A program made the position numbers and the translations under genes. The notes beneath the pieces were generated by a model. The model was not told where the DNA came from and did no database searches. It was given only the letters and a program-made list of their open reading frames with translations. A DNA stretch of 64,000 bases from Planctomycetota bacterium (GTDB taxonomy: Bacteria; Planctomycetota; SZUA-567; H5-PLA8): positions 1 to 64,000 of the forward strand of contig JBBRPR010000001.1 in NCBI GenBank assembly GCA_038227875.1. The letters are read 5' to 3'. Below, piece after piece: positions 1 to 8,700 of the stretch; position 1 is the stretch's first letter; every line of letters begins with the position of its first letter.

Positions 1-72
1 CCGCCGCTCCGCCGCTATCGTCGCCGGCCGAGCTGGTGAGTGCGACCGACGCCGATAGCGACGGAGCAGCGG
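1..72 (-). repeat. 30-bp imperfect inverted repeat (long hairpin), possibly extending left of the window
   Basis: Arms 1-30 and 43-72 match at 25/30 with a 12-nt loop. Four of the five mismatches are C/A on +, which are G-U pairs on the - strand. Confidence 0.75.
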
Positions 73-94
73 GGCTCGAGGGGAGCCCTGTTTT
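72..94 (+). terminator. Possible short intrinsic terminator
   Basis: GGGCTC (72-77) / GAGCCC (83-88) stem followed by TGTTTT. The stem is short and the upstream gene is not visible. Confidence 0.3.
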
Positions 95-280
95 AGGAAA
101 AACTCTCATAACGGCTGGTACATAAAACGGGGGCAGGTCACACGGACGCAGGAACTCCGTCTTCCCAGAATAGCGGTGCGTCAAAAACGACAAATGCACT
201 TGTCCGATCCGGTTGCTCAAACCAAAAAGGATGAGGACTTCTAAAACCAGGAGGAAATGGACCCGTGTGTGGTGTGGAAC

Positions 281-688
281 CTAGCTGTTTTGCAGGAAAT
301 GATAATAAGTCCCGGCAACGGTAGAGAACCCCTCCGCATTTGAATTATTGGCGTGCTGGGACAAGGTCGCGGCATCACAATATGAATACGCACAATCATC
401 AATAACCAATACCCCAGGAGTAGATCGAGAAGCGTCAATGTGAGCAACTTGGCCGGCGCCTTTTCCTGAAAATATTCGCACAAATTTCCAGCGCGAAACT
501 TGCGGGGTAGATGCGGCGCCAAATACGAAATCGCTTGAAGTGTAATACAATTGATTAGATTGCGCACCCGAATTAATTGTGCACGTTGAATTCGCAGAAA
601 TTCCTGTATGAAAAAGAAGCTCGTTATACGGTAACATATCTATCTTCGATTTCGCTAGCGTCGTATCTGCAACCGCATCCTCAGACAA
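281..688 (-). CDS. Hypothetical protein or gene remnant in an AT-richer patch
   Basis: 135-aa ORF with TTG start and protein-like composition. Base composition is visibly lower in GC than the flanking genes. No recognisable motif. Confidence 0.3.
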   Translation of the reverse strand: MSEDAVADTTLAKSKIDMLPYNELLFHTGISANSTCTINSGAQSNQLYYTSSDFVFGAASTPQVSRWKFVRIFSGKGAGQVAHIDASRSTPGVLVIDDCAYSYCDAATLSQHANNSNAEGFSTVAGTYYHFLQNS

Positions 689-707
689 GCCATCGCTAAG
701 CCAGGCA

Positions 708-869
708 CTACGGTTTGCCGAGTTCCAGCGTTTTCGTCGGCGGGAGGTTGACGTGTTTGGCGTAGTCGGCGACGGATTCGTGGTTGTCCCAGAGGGGGAA
801 GGCGGGTGCGGGTTCGGCGGCGGCCAGAGAGCTAGTGAGGAAGATGAGGAGAGGCGTCAACACGCGCAT
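708..869 (-). pseudogene. Truncated secreted-protein gene (53 aa) resembling the N-terminus of formylglycine-generating-enzyme (SUMF1/FGE) family proteins
   Basis: Manual translation: MRVLTPLLIFLTSSLAAAEPAPAFPLWDNHESVADYAKHVNLPPTKTLELGKP*. It has a signal peptide and host-like codon usage. FPLWD..ES...YAK..NLPPTKTL.LG recalls the lead-in to FGE domains, but the ORF stops before the domain. It is below the ORF-track size cutoff. Confidence 0.55.
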
Positions 870-1017
870 GAAATCATTCTATCCTGGAAGGACGAACCTG
901 TGACGCCGTTGTGACACTGGCCCTTACGCTATGCCAGTACAAGTAATGACAAGGCGAAGCAGCCACCGATTTTGCGGGAGATTTTGCGAGTGCGACGCAT
1001 GAAAGCAACTGCCGGAA

Positions 1018-1081
1018 AGCCGGCTGAAGCCGGCTGGAAAAGAACGGGTGCAGGAACGGACCACCACCTGAAGGTTGGTGG
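1018..1081. repeat. Pair of REP-like hairpins with CTGAAG cores
   Basis: AGCCGGC-TGAA-GCCGGCT (1018-1035) and CCACCACC-TGAA-GGTTGGTGG (1061-1081). Confidence 0.55.
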
Positions 1082-1095
1082 CAAGCAATGGCTTG

Positions 1096-1149
1096 AACGG
1101 CAAAGGCAACAGCAACGGCGACGGCAACGGCAACAACAACGGCGACGGC
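1096..1149. repeat. Hexamer tandem repeat, consensus AACGGC x9
   Basis: aacggc aaaggc aacagc aacggc gacggc aacggc aacaac aacggc gacggc. Confidence 0.85.
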
Positions 1150-1158
1150 GAGCGTACC

Positions 1159-1336
1159 GTAGTTCGGGCGTCCCGACCGGTCTAACCTTGGCACAGGCGT
1201 GTCGGTGCATTCGTTCGATGGCTGTTGCTCTCTTGCGAAGCAACAGTCGCTTGCTTCGCGGTAGAGCACGCGCCCATCGAAAAGGTCATCACCTCTCCAT
1301 TGGGCATGGTTAGACCGGGCGGGACGCCCGGACTAC
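1159..1336. repeat. REPIN/MITE-like element: inverted pair of GTAG-type REP sequences
   Basis: GTAGTTCGGGCGTCCCGACCGGTCTAACC (1159-1187) matches the reverse complement of 1308-1336 at 27/29. Each arm starts with GTAG followed by a GC-rich palindrome. Internal stems lie at 1214-1221/1274-1281 and 1222-1229/1239-1246. Confidence 0.7.
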
Positions 1337-1573
1337 ATAACGCTCCGGTCGCTCGCGCCGAAAGCATCGGAAATTCGCGCGCTGAGCCGGCCGACCTTTC
1401 AGGTCTCAGGTTATTTAATGCCTGCCGCCCTTGGCTAGTGACGGTCGGCCTCTCAGGCCGAGCAACGGCAGGAGGCTCAGTTGCAGCAACATCGAACGGT
1501 AAAACTACAGCCTTTGGGCCTCGGGCGCGTGGCGCGCGATTTCGAAGAAGGTTAAGAATTCTCCAACAAAGTA

Positions 1574-1616
1574 TTGACTTCCGGAGCGGACGGAGGTTAA
1601 TAGGTTAAACGTTTAA
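1574..1616 (+). promoter_or_regulatory. Putative sigma70 promoter and LacI-family operator upstream of the LacI gene
   Basis: TTGACT at 1574-1579, -10-like GTTAAT at 1596-1601, and the perfect palindrome TTAAACGTTTAA at 1605-1616 with the central AAACGTTT typical of LacI/GalR operators. Confidence 0.65.
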
Positions 1617-1620
1617 TGGA

Positions 1621-2676
1621 ATGAACCGAATGAAGCCACGATCGACCATCAAAGACGTCGCCACTCGCGCGGGGGTTTCCATTGCCACCGTTTCGCTGGT
1701 GCTGAAAGGTCAGACGGAGCGCTATTCCGAAAAGACGGCGGTGCGCGTGCAGGAGGCGATCTCGCGGCTGAAGTACCGGCCCAATCAGACGGCGCGCAAC
1801 CTGCAGCGCCGGCTCTCTCGCACGCTGGGCTTCGTCACGCACAAGGACTACGAGCTGCTGACGCGCAGCCAGTGGTATTCGGGGGTGCTCGACGGAGTAC
1901 TCTCGCTGGCCGTTGAGCGTGACTACGACATCAAACTTTCGCCCATCGCCAGCGACAACTCGGCACCGGAGCGGAAGCTCGAAGATGGATCGACCGATGG
2001 CATTATCCTGGCTGCGCCGGAGGAGAACGGGGCGCTGCTGAAGTGGGCTCGCGAAGAGAACATGCCCTGCGTGGTGGTTGGGCGCGTGGATCTGAATGAT
2101 AAGGTGCCGGCGGTGGGCATCGATGATTTTGAGGCCGAGCTGGCGGCGGCGCGGGCGCTGATCGCTCAGGGCCACCGGCGGATTGCGTTTCTGGGGAGCG
2201 CGTGGATCCAATGGAGCGCCCGGCAGCGCGAGCTGGCGTACGACAAAGCGATGAGTGAGGCGGGGCTGGCGGCGCCGCGCGAGTTGCGCTTTCTGGGGCG
2301 GTATCACGAGCAGAGCGGCGAAGAGGCGGCTCGGGAGATGCTCAAGCTTTCGCCGCGTCCCACGGCCTTTCTGTGCGCCAGCGACGAGATCGCCATCGGC
2401 GCGTTGCGCGTGCTGCAGCAGGCCGGCGTGCGCGTGCCGCAGGACATTGCGATCATGGGCTTCGACGATGAACTGAAAGTGCAGTTGAGCCGTCCGCAAT
2501 TGAGTTCAGTGCGCCAGCCGACGTCGGAGCTGGGGCGGACTGCGGCGGCGCTGCTGCTGGACATCATCGAAGGACGGGGGTTGAAAGAGCGGAAGATCAT
2601 CCTGCCGACCACCGTGATTTTTAGAGAGAGCACCGCCCGGCCGGATCATTCCGATGCGGCTGTGGGCTCCATGTGA
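1621..2676 (+). CDS. LacI/GalR family transcriptional regulator
   Basis: N-terminal HTH TIKDVATRAGVSIATVSLVL, hinge YRPNQTARNL, and sugar-binding domain motifs (GHRRIAFL, VPQDIAIMGFDD, LSSVRQP). Confidence 0.96.
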   Translation: MNRMKPRSTIKDVATRAGVSIATVSLVLKGQTERYSEKTAVRVQEAISRLKYRPNQTARNLQRRLSRTLGFVTHKDYELLTRSQWYSGVLDGVLSLAVERDYDIKLSPIASDNSAPERKLEDGSTDGIILAAPEENGALLKWAREENMPCVVVGRVDLNDKVPAVGIDDFEAELAAARALIAQGHRRIAFLGSAWIQWSARQRELAYDKAMSEAGLAAPRELRFLGRYHEQSGEEAAREMLKLSPRPTAFLCASDEIAIGALRVLQQAGVRVPQDIAIMGFDDELKVQLSRPQLSSVRQPTSELGRTAAALLLDIIEGRGLKERKIILPTTVIFRESTARPDHSDAAVGSM

Positions 2677-2710
2677 TTTGCGGGCAGACACCTTTTAAGG
2701 GGGAAACGCC

Positions 2711-5494
2711 ATGCCTCGGAACTGCTGTCTTTGGATCGCCGGGCTGACGCTGTGGTGCTGGGGTTGGAGCCTGACCAGCCTCACGCAGGCAGCGGATTAT
2801 TATGTCAGCCCGTCGGGGCTGGACGGGAATGCGGGAACGTCAGGCAGTCCGTGGCAGACGATTGCGAAGGTGAATGGGGTGAATTTTAAGGCTGGCGACC
2901 GTATTTTTTTTCAAGGAGGTCAAACGTTTAACGGAAAGCTCTATTTTGACGCCAATGACCTGGGTTCGGCGGCGAATCCGATTCAGATTTCGTCTTATGG
3001 AACCGGACACGCGACGATCAACGGGGGCAGCAGCGACGCATTCTATGCGTACAACACGGCCGGAATCACGATTTCCAATCTCGACTTCACCGGCGCCGGC
3101 GCCACCTGCACCGGCACGGGCATCGTGTTTTACAACGACCTGGCCGGCAACGTGAAGCTGCCTCACATCTACATCGACAACGTCCAAGTCAGTGGCTTCA
3201 AAGGAGGAATCACGATCGGGGCGTGGAATGGCACGTCGGGGTTCAGCGATCTGCGCATCACCCACGCCAGCGTTCATGACAACTGGGGGAACAATATCGT
3301 CACCTTCGGCCAGACCGATTATGCGCTGAGCACGGTGTACATCGGTCACTGCCAGACCTTCAACAGCGCTGGCGATCCGAACAAGATGGACGTCTCCAGC
3401 GGCAACGGCATCGTGATGGGCAGCGTGGATGGCTGCACAATTGAGCGTTGTCTTTCCTATAATAACGGCTGGCTGTGCGCGGCGCCGTCGGGGCCGGCGG
3501 GAATCTGGTGCTACCAGAGCCGCGCGGTCACGATTCAGTACAACGAAGCCTGGCAGAATCACGGCGTCAATGCCGACGGTGACGGCTTTGATCTCGACGG
3601 CGACACGAGCAATTCAATCCTGCAGTACAACTATTCGCACGACAACGACGCCGCGGGTTTTCTGGTGTGTGAATTTTCGGGAGCGCCCGGACCGAATGCG
3701 AACAACGTCGTGCGCTATAACATCAGCCAGAACGATTGCCGCAAGCGGGCGTACGGCGGCATCCATTTCTACAACGCCGGCGTGGGTCTGCAGAACTGCG
3801 AGGTCTACAATAACACCGTCTACCTTTCCAAGCCGGCCTTTGGCGATGTGCCGGCGGTGGATGTGTATTCGCCGACGACCAATGTTCACCTTCGCAACAA
3901 CATCTTCATGACCAGCGGCGGGGCTTCACTGGTCACGGTCGCCGCGGGACAGTCGGGGCTGCTGTTCGATCACAATTGCTATTGGAGCAGCGGGAGCGCG
4001 TTCGGGATTCAATACCTGGGGACGAACTACGCCACGCTGGCCGCGTGGCGCACGGCGTCCGGTCAGGAAGCCAGCGTCGCGCTCAACACCGATCCGCTGC
4101 TGGTCGCGGCCGGAACCGGCGGAACCCTGGGCGACGCGGACAAGCTGGTCAGTCTGGGCGCGTATAAGCTGCAGAGTTCCTCGCCGCTGTTGAATGCCGG
4201 CTTGAATCTCGCGGTGCAGGGCGTGCCGATGGGCGCGACGGATTTTTATGGCTCCGCAATCCCGCAAGGCACCGGCTTTGAAATCGGCGCACATGAATTT
4301 GTGCCGGTCGTCAATACGCCGCCGTCGTCGTTGCTGACGGCGCCGGCGAAGGGAAGTTCGTACATCGCGCCGGCCACCATCATTCTTACCGCCAGCGCTT
4401 CGGATAGTGATGGCAGTGTCAGCGCCGTGGATTTCTACGCGGGGAGTACACGCATCGGATCGGTCACGAGCAGTCCGTACACGTTGACGTGGAGTAACGT
4501 AGCCGCCGGAAATTACACGCTGACGGCGGTGGCCACCGACAATCTGGGCGCGAAGACGACATCGGCTGGAGTCAGCATCACGGTGAGTGCGCCGATCAAT
4601 TCGCCGCCGGTGATCATGTCGGCCGCCTCGGCCTCACCCAGCGTGGCGATCAGTGGAACGGCGATCGCGTTTTCGGTTGGTGCAAGCGATCCTGACGGCG
4701 ATGCGCTCAGTTATTCCTGGACTTTCGGCGACGGTGTAACCGGCAGCGGTGCGAGTGTTTCTCATGTTTACGCGACGGCAGGAATATTTACGGCAACGGT
4801 GACGGTCACCGACGGGCGTGGGGGAACGGTGAGTTCGTCGGTCTCTGTGACGATTCAAGCGCCCGCTCCGCGATCGGTGCATGTTGCTGCGATCGGCCTG
4901 AAGGTGTCGACTTCGCGCAAAGGAACCGCGGCGATGGCAACCGTCACGCTTCAGGATGACCTGGGTAGTCCGGTCAGTGGCGCGACGGTGTACGGAAACT
5001 GGAGCGGACTAACCAGCGCGAGTGTTGCAGGCAACACGGGCTCGGCGGGGACGATCGTCTTTACCTCGGCGCGGACCAAGAGCGTTGGGGCGTTCACGTT
5101 TACCATCAGCAAGGTTAGCGCTGCAGGGTACACCTACGCGGCCAGCCAGAATACGGCGAGCAGCGCGACGATCAGCAGTGCGGGGGCGGTCACGCTATCG
5201 GCCGCGCCCATTGCCATGGCAGAACCCGCTGTGGAGGAAGATGTCTTTCAGGTCGATGCCACGGCGGGCCAGTCCTTCAAGGTCACGCTTCCGCTTCCCG
5301 CGAATCTCGCCGGCGCAAAGAACGTGCGGGCTAGCGCTGAGGAACTGCCGAAGGGTGTCCGTATCAGCCAGACAGTCATCAGTGGACGACCAACAGAAGT
5401 CGGTGCGTTCGCGTTCACGATTCGCATTCAAGGAAAGCTGAAGACGTCGGCGCAGGCGACGTTGCAATGCACGCTGAATGTGAGTGGAAACTGA
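2711..5494 (+). CDS. Secreted right-handed beta-helix (pectin-lyase-like) protein with Ig-like, PKD and C-terminal Ig-like domains
   Basis: Signal peptide; YYVSPSGLDGNAGTSGSPWQTI; DGDGFDLDG and YNYSHDND beta-helix motifs; Ig-like ASASDSDGSVSAVDFY; PKD YSWTFGDG; RBS AAGGGGG. Confidence 0.9.
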   Translation: MPRNCCLWIAGLTLWCWGWSLTSLTQAADYYVSPSGLDGNAGTSGSPWQTIAKVNGVNFKAGDRIFFQGGQTFNGKLYFDANDLGSAANPIQISSYGTGHATINGGSSDAFYAYNTAGITISNLDFTGAGATCTGTGIVFYNDLAGNVKLPHIYIDNVQVSGFKGGITIGAWNGTSGFSDLRITHASVHDNWGNNIVTFGQTDYALSTVYIGHCQTFNSAGDPNKMDVSSGNGIVMGSVDGCTIERCLSYNNGWLCAAPSGPAGIWCYQSRAVTIQYNEAWQNHGVNADGDGFDLDGDTSNSILQYNYSHDNDAAGFLVCEFSGAPGPNANNVVRYNISQNDCRKRAYGGIHFYNAGVGLQNCEVYNNTVYLSKPAFGDVPAVDVYSPTTNVHLRNNIFMTSGGASLVTVAAGQSGLLFDHNCYWSSGSAFGIQYLGTNYATLAAWRTASGQEASVALNTDPLLVAAGTGGTLGDADKLVSLGAYKLQSSSPLLNAGLNLAVQGVPMGATDFYGSAIPQGTGFEIGAHEFVPVVNTPPSSLLTAPAKGSSYIAPATIILTASASDSDGSVSAVDFYAGSTRIGSVTSSPYTLTWSNVAAGNYTLTAVATDNLGAKTTSAGVSITVSAPINSPPVIMSAASASPSVAISGTAIAFSVGASDPDGDALSYSWTFGDGVTGSGASVSHVYATAGIFTATVTVTDGRGGTVSSSVSVTIQAPAPRSVHVAAIGLKVSTSRKGTAAMATVTLQDDLGSPVSGATVYGNWSGLTSASVAGNTGSAGTIVFTSARTKSVGAFTFTISKVSAAGYTYAASQNTASSATISSAGAVTLSAAPIAMAEPAVEEDVFQVDATAGQSFKVTLPLPANLAGAKNVRASAEELPKGVRISQTVISGRPTEVGAFAFTIRIQGKLKTSAQATLQCTLNVSGN

Positions 5495-5539
5495 GCTACT
5501 GTTTCACGCTGGACAGGTTGTTCGGAAATCGCTTAACCG

Positions 5540-5575
5540 CCGGCGCTTCGAGGAAGAAGCGCCGGTTTTATTTAA
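5540..5575 (+). terminator. Rho-independent terminator
   Basis: CCGGCGCTTC-gaggaa-GAAGCGCCGG followed by TTTTATTT, about 45 nt after the stop codon. Confidence 0.85.
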
Positions 5576-5762
5576 TGTCTAGACATATATAAAACCGCCT
5601 CGACTAGCTAATAAAGCTCTAATGCGCACCAGTTTGCACATGTGATATTACATTTGTTGTACTTTTGCTTCTGATTCTGTGAAAAATGTCTCATATTGTC
5701 CAGACAAGTTCACTCGTGAGTAGACGAGTGGAAACAGTTGAGTACAGCACCGGGGTGGGGGA

Positions 5763-8700
5763 GTGATGATGCGAACTGGATGTCGGGTGATTGTCGCGGG
5801 CGGAATGGCGCTGGCCTTTCTTACTGTCGGCTCGAATGCGTTTGCGGCCAACGCGGTCGGCGATCCGGAGATCAAGACCGATCATACCTATTACCAGGGC
5901 GAACTGGCCTACTCGACCATCACTCGCCTCATTGCTTCGGCGCTGGCGACTCCCGGCCGGCCGACGACCGGCGAGACCAACAAGGACCAGGTCTTGAAGC
6001 TCTGGTTCTGGCGCTTGGAACACTACTACCACACGATGAGCCCGCAGGAATACAACCTGCCGGGCGTCGCGCCGTACCCGCCGAACGACAATCCGTTGAT
6101 GACCGATTACGACTGCCTGTCGCAGCAGTTCAGTTTCGGACACGGTGTCTGCGGCACCAATCACGCAATGTTGCGGCCAATATTCGAGCAGGCGGGATTC
6201 CACGCGCGCCGTCGCGGCATCGTCGGTGACACGACGCATGAAGTGTTCTGCAACGGCCGCTGGGTAATGGTCAACACCGACAGCGCCAGCATCATTTCAA
6301 TGACCAACACCACGTCGTCGGAATTCGCGGGTGTCGATGACATCATCGGCAATGTCAATCTGCTGCTGCCCAACCCGCTGGGCATTCCGCAGTACCCGTT
6401 TGGCAGCCAGACGTCGGGTTCGCAGGGGACGCATTCGCAGGATTGGTACGGCTATTACAACGGCGGCTTTAATCTCTCCACGACTGCGGCGACGCATATG
6501 TACGGCGAGGGTTATCAGGCTCGTCCGGTCGCATATGTGTTGAAGAAGGGTGAAACGTTCACGCGTTTTGCCGACCGCGACGGTCTTCCGGCGTATCTGG
6601 GCGAAGCGGCGGGAACGTACCGCTGGTGGGGATTTGTCGGCGCGGGCGGCCCGTTCCGCGACTGGTCGTATGTGGGTCAGGCTCAGGCTCCGGCGCTGCA
6701 GCCGCCGCCGACATCCCGGGCGCTGGCCAATTCTCGCTTCGGCAACGGCATCTTCGAGTGGACGCCGACGATTTCGGCCGGCGACCTGGCCGACGGCGTG
6801 CTGGCCAAAGACGCGAACATTACCTACTCCGGTTCGTCGCCGCACCTGGCGACGAGCAGTGGCTCGGGCACGATTACACTTTCGTTCTTTAGCCCCTACT
6901 GCATCGCCGGCAAGCCCTCCGACGGAACTGATCCGGCGACGTCGGGTTCCACCGGCGGCGCGTGGATTGTGCCCACTGCGATCGGTTCGGTGCCGTGCGA
7001 AATCTCCGTCAACAACGGCGCGTCGTGGACGACGGCCGGCACGCTCACCGGCAGCAGCACGCTCGACTTCACCGACCTGGTCAAGGGTCATCACGCGTAC
7101 CTGATGCGCTTGACCGTGAGCAACACCACGGGGCTCGATGCATTCACCTTGAAGACCTGCGTCGAAGTGGCGACGGCGGTTTTTCCGCAGCTGAAAGCCA
7201 GCGGCAGCACGGTGACCTACAACGCCGGCAGCACGGGCGTGGTCGAACAGAATCCGGATTACAGCAGCCTGGCGGCGGCCAACGCGTTCAAAGTTGCCGA
7301 CAGCGGCAATGTCACGTTCAACCCGCTGACCAGCAGTAATTCGTGGGCGTACCAGACCAGCGCCGGACCGGGGCCGATCTCGCTGACGTACAAGGTCACG
7401 GCGCCTCCCGGCACGACACTGAAGAAGGTCGACGCGGCTGCCGATTGCCAGCTGCACGTGCCGCCGCCGGCGGGTTCCTACACGAAGTTTGAAGTGTCGA
7501 CGGATAATGGCGCGACGTACACGCAGTTCGCGATCAATTCTCCGGACTCCGACGACGAACTGTCGCACAGCTGGGCGTACGGCAGCGGCGATGTTTCGGC
7601 CGCGAACGTCAACCAGGCGCTGGTGCGGATCACGACCTACAACGGCGGGTACACCTGTGGCTTCCGCTATGCGCGGTTGTACGGTGAATACAACGCGGGA
7701 ACGCCCGGCGCGATGACGATCACGCATAAGTGGGACGATTCCGGCGGCACGGGCAAGAGTTTCGTGCAGAACGTTTCAGCGGGAACGACGTCCACCTCGT
7801 ACACCGTGCCGACGTTGACCAGTCCGGTCAGCAAGAGCGTGGCGTTCGCGGTCGCGGCGTCGCCGACGGCTCCGGTGCTGACGACGGTGACCGTGACGCC
7901 ATCGAGCGCGAATGTGATCGCGGGCGGGACGCAGACGTACACGGCGACCGGCTACGATCAGTTCGGCACCGTGCTGGCGTCGCAGCCGACGTTCACGTGG
8001 TCGGTGAGCGGCGGCGGTACGATCAACAGCGCCGGTCTGTTCACGGCGGGAACGACTGCGGGCGGGCCGTTTACGGTGACGGCCAGTTCTGGCGGCAAGA
8101 GCGGCACGGCGAGCGTGACGGTCACGGCGACGACGACGGTTGGGACGATCACGGTCAGTCCGTCGAGCGCCAATGTCGTCGCGCAAGGCACGCAGACATA
8201 CACGGCGACGGCGAAGGATCAGTTTGGCAACACGATGAGCCCTCAGCCGACGATCACGTGGACGGTGAGCGGCGGCGGCACGATCAACAGCGCCGGTCTG
8301 TTCACGGCGGGAACGACCGCGGGCGGGCCGTTCACGGTGACGGCGACGTCGGGCGCGAAGAGCGGTACGGCCAGCGTGACGGTCACGGCGACGACGACGC
8401 TCGGATCAATCGTGGTCAGTCCGTCGAGCGCGAATGTGGTCGCGCAAGGCACGCAGACGTACACGGCTTCCGCGAAGGATCAGTTTGGCAACACGATGAG
8501 TCCTCAGCCGACGATGACGTGGACGGTGAGCGGCGGCGGCACGATCAACAGCGCCGGACTGTTCACAGCGGGTACCACGGCGGGCGGACCGTTCACGGTG
8601 ACGGCGACTTCCGGCGCCAAGAGCGGCACCGCGAGCGTCACGGTCACGGCGACGACGACGCTGGGTTCGATCGTGGTGACGCCCTCAAGCGCGACGGTGC

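Noticed and set aside
708..1149. Possible diversity-generating retroelement (FGE-like fragment plus AAC-rich tract)
   Set aside because: No reverse transcriptase and no TR/VR pair differing at adenines is visible. The AAC tract is a simple hexamer repeat.
874..1608. Several short ORFs over the REP-rich region
   Set aside because: Low-complexity translations of the hexamer and REP repeats, mutually overlapping, with no RBS or motifs.
5500..5515. parS-like TGTTTCACGCTGGACA
   Set aside because: Only the left half matches the TGTTTCACGTGAAACA consensus, it is a single copy, and there is no parAB in the window.
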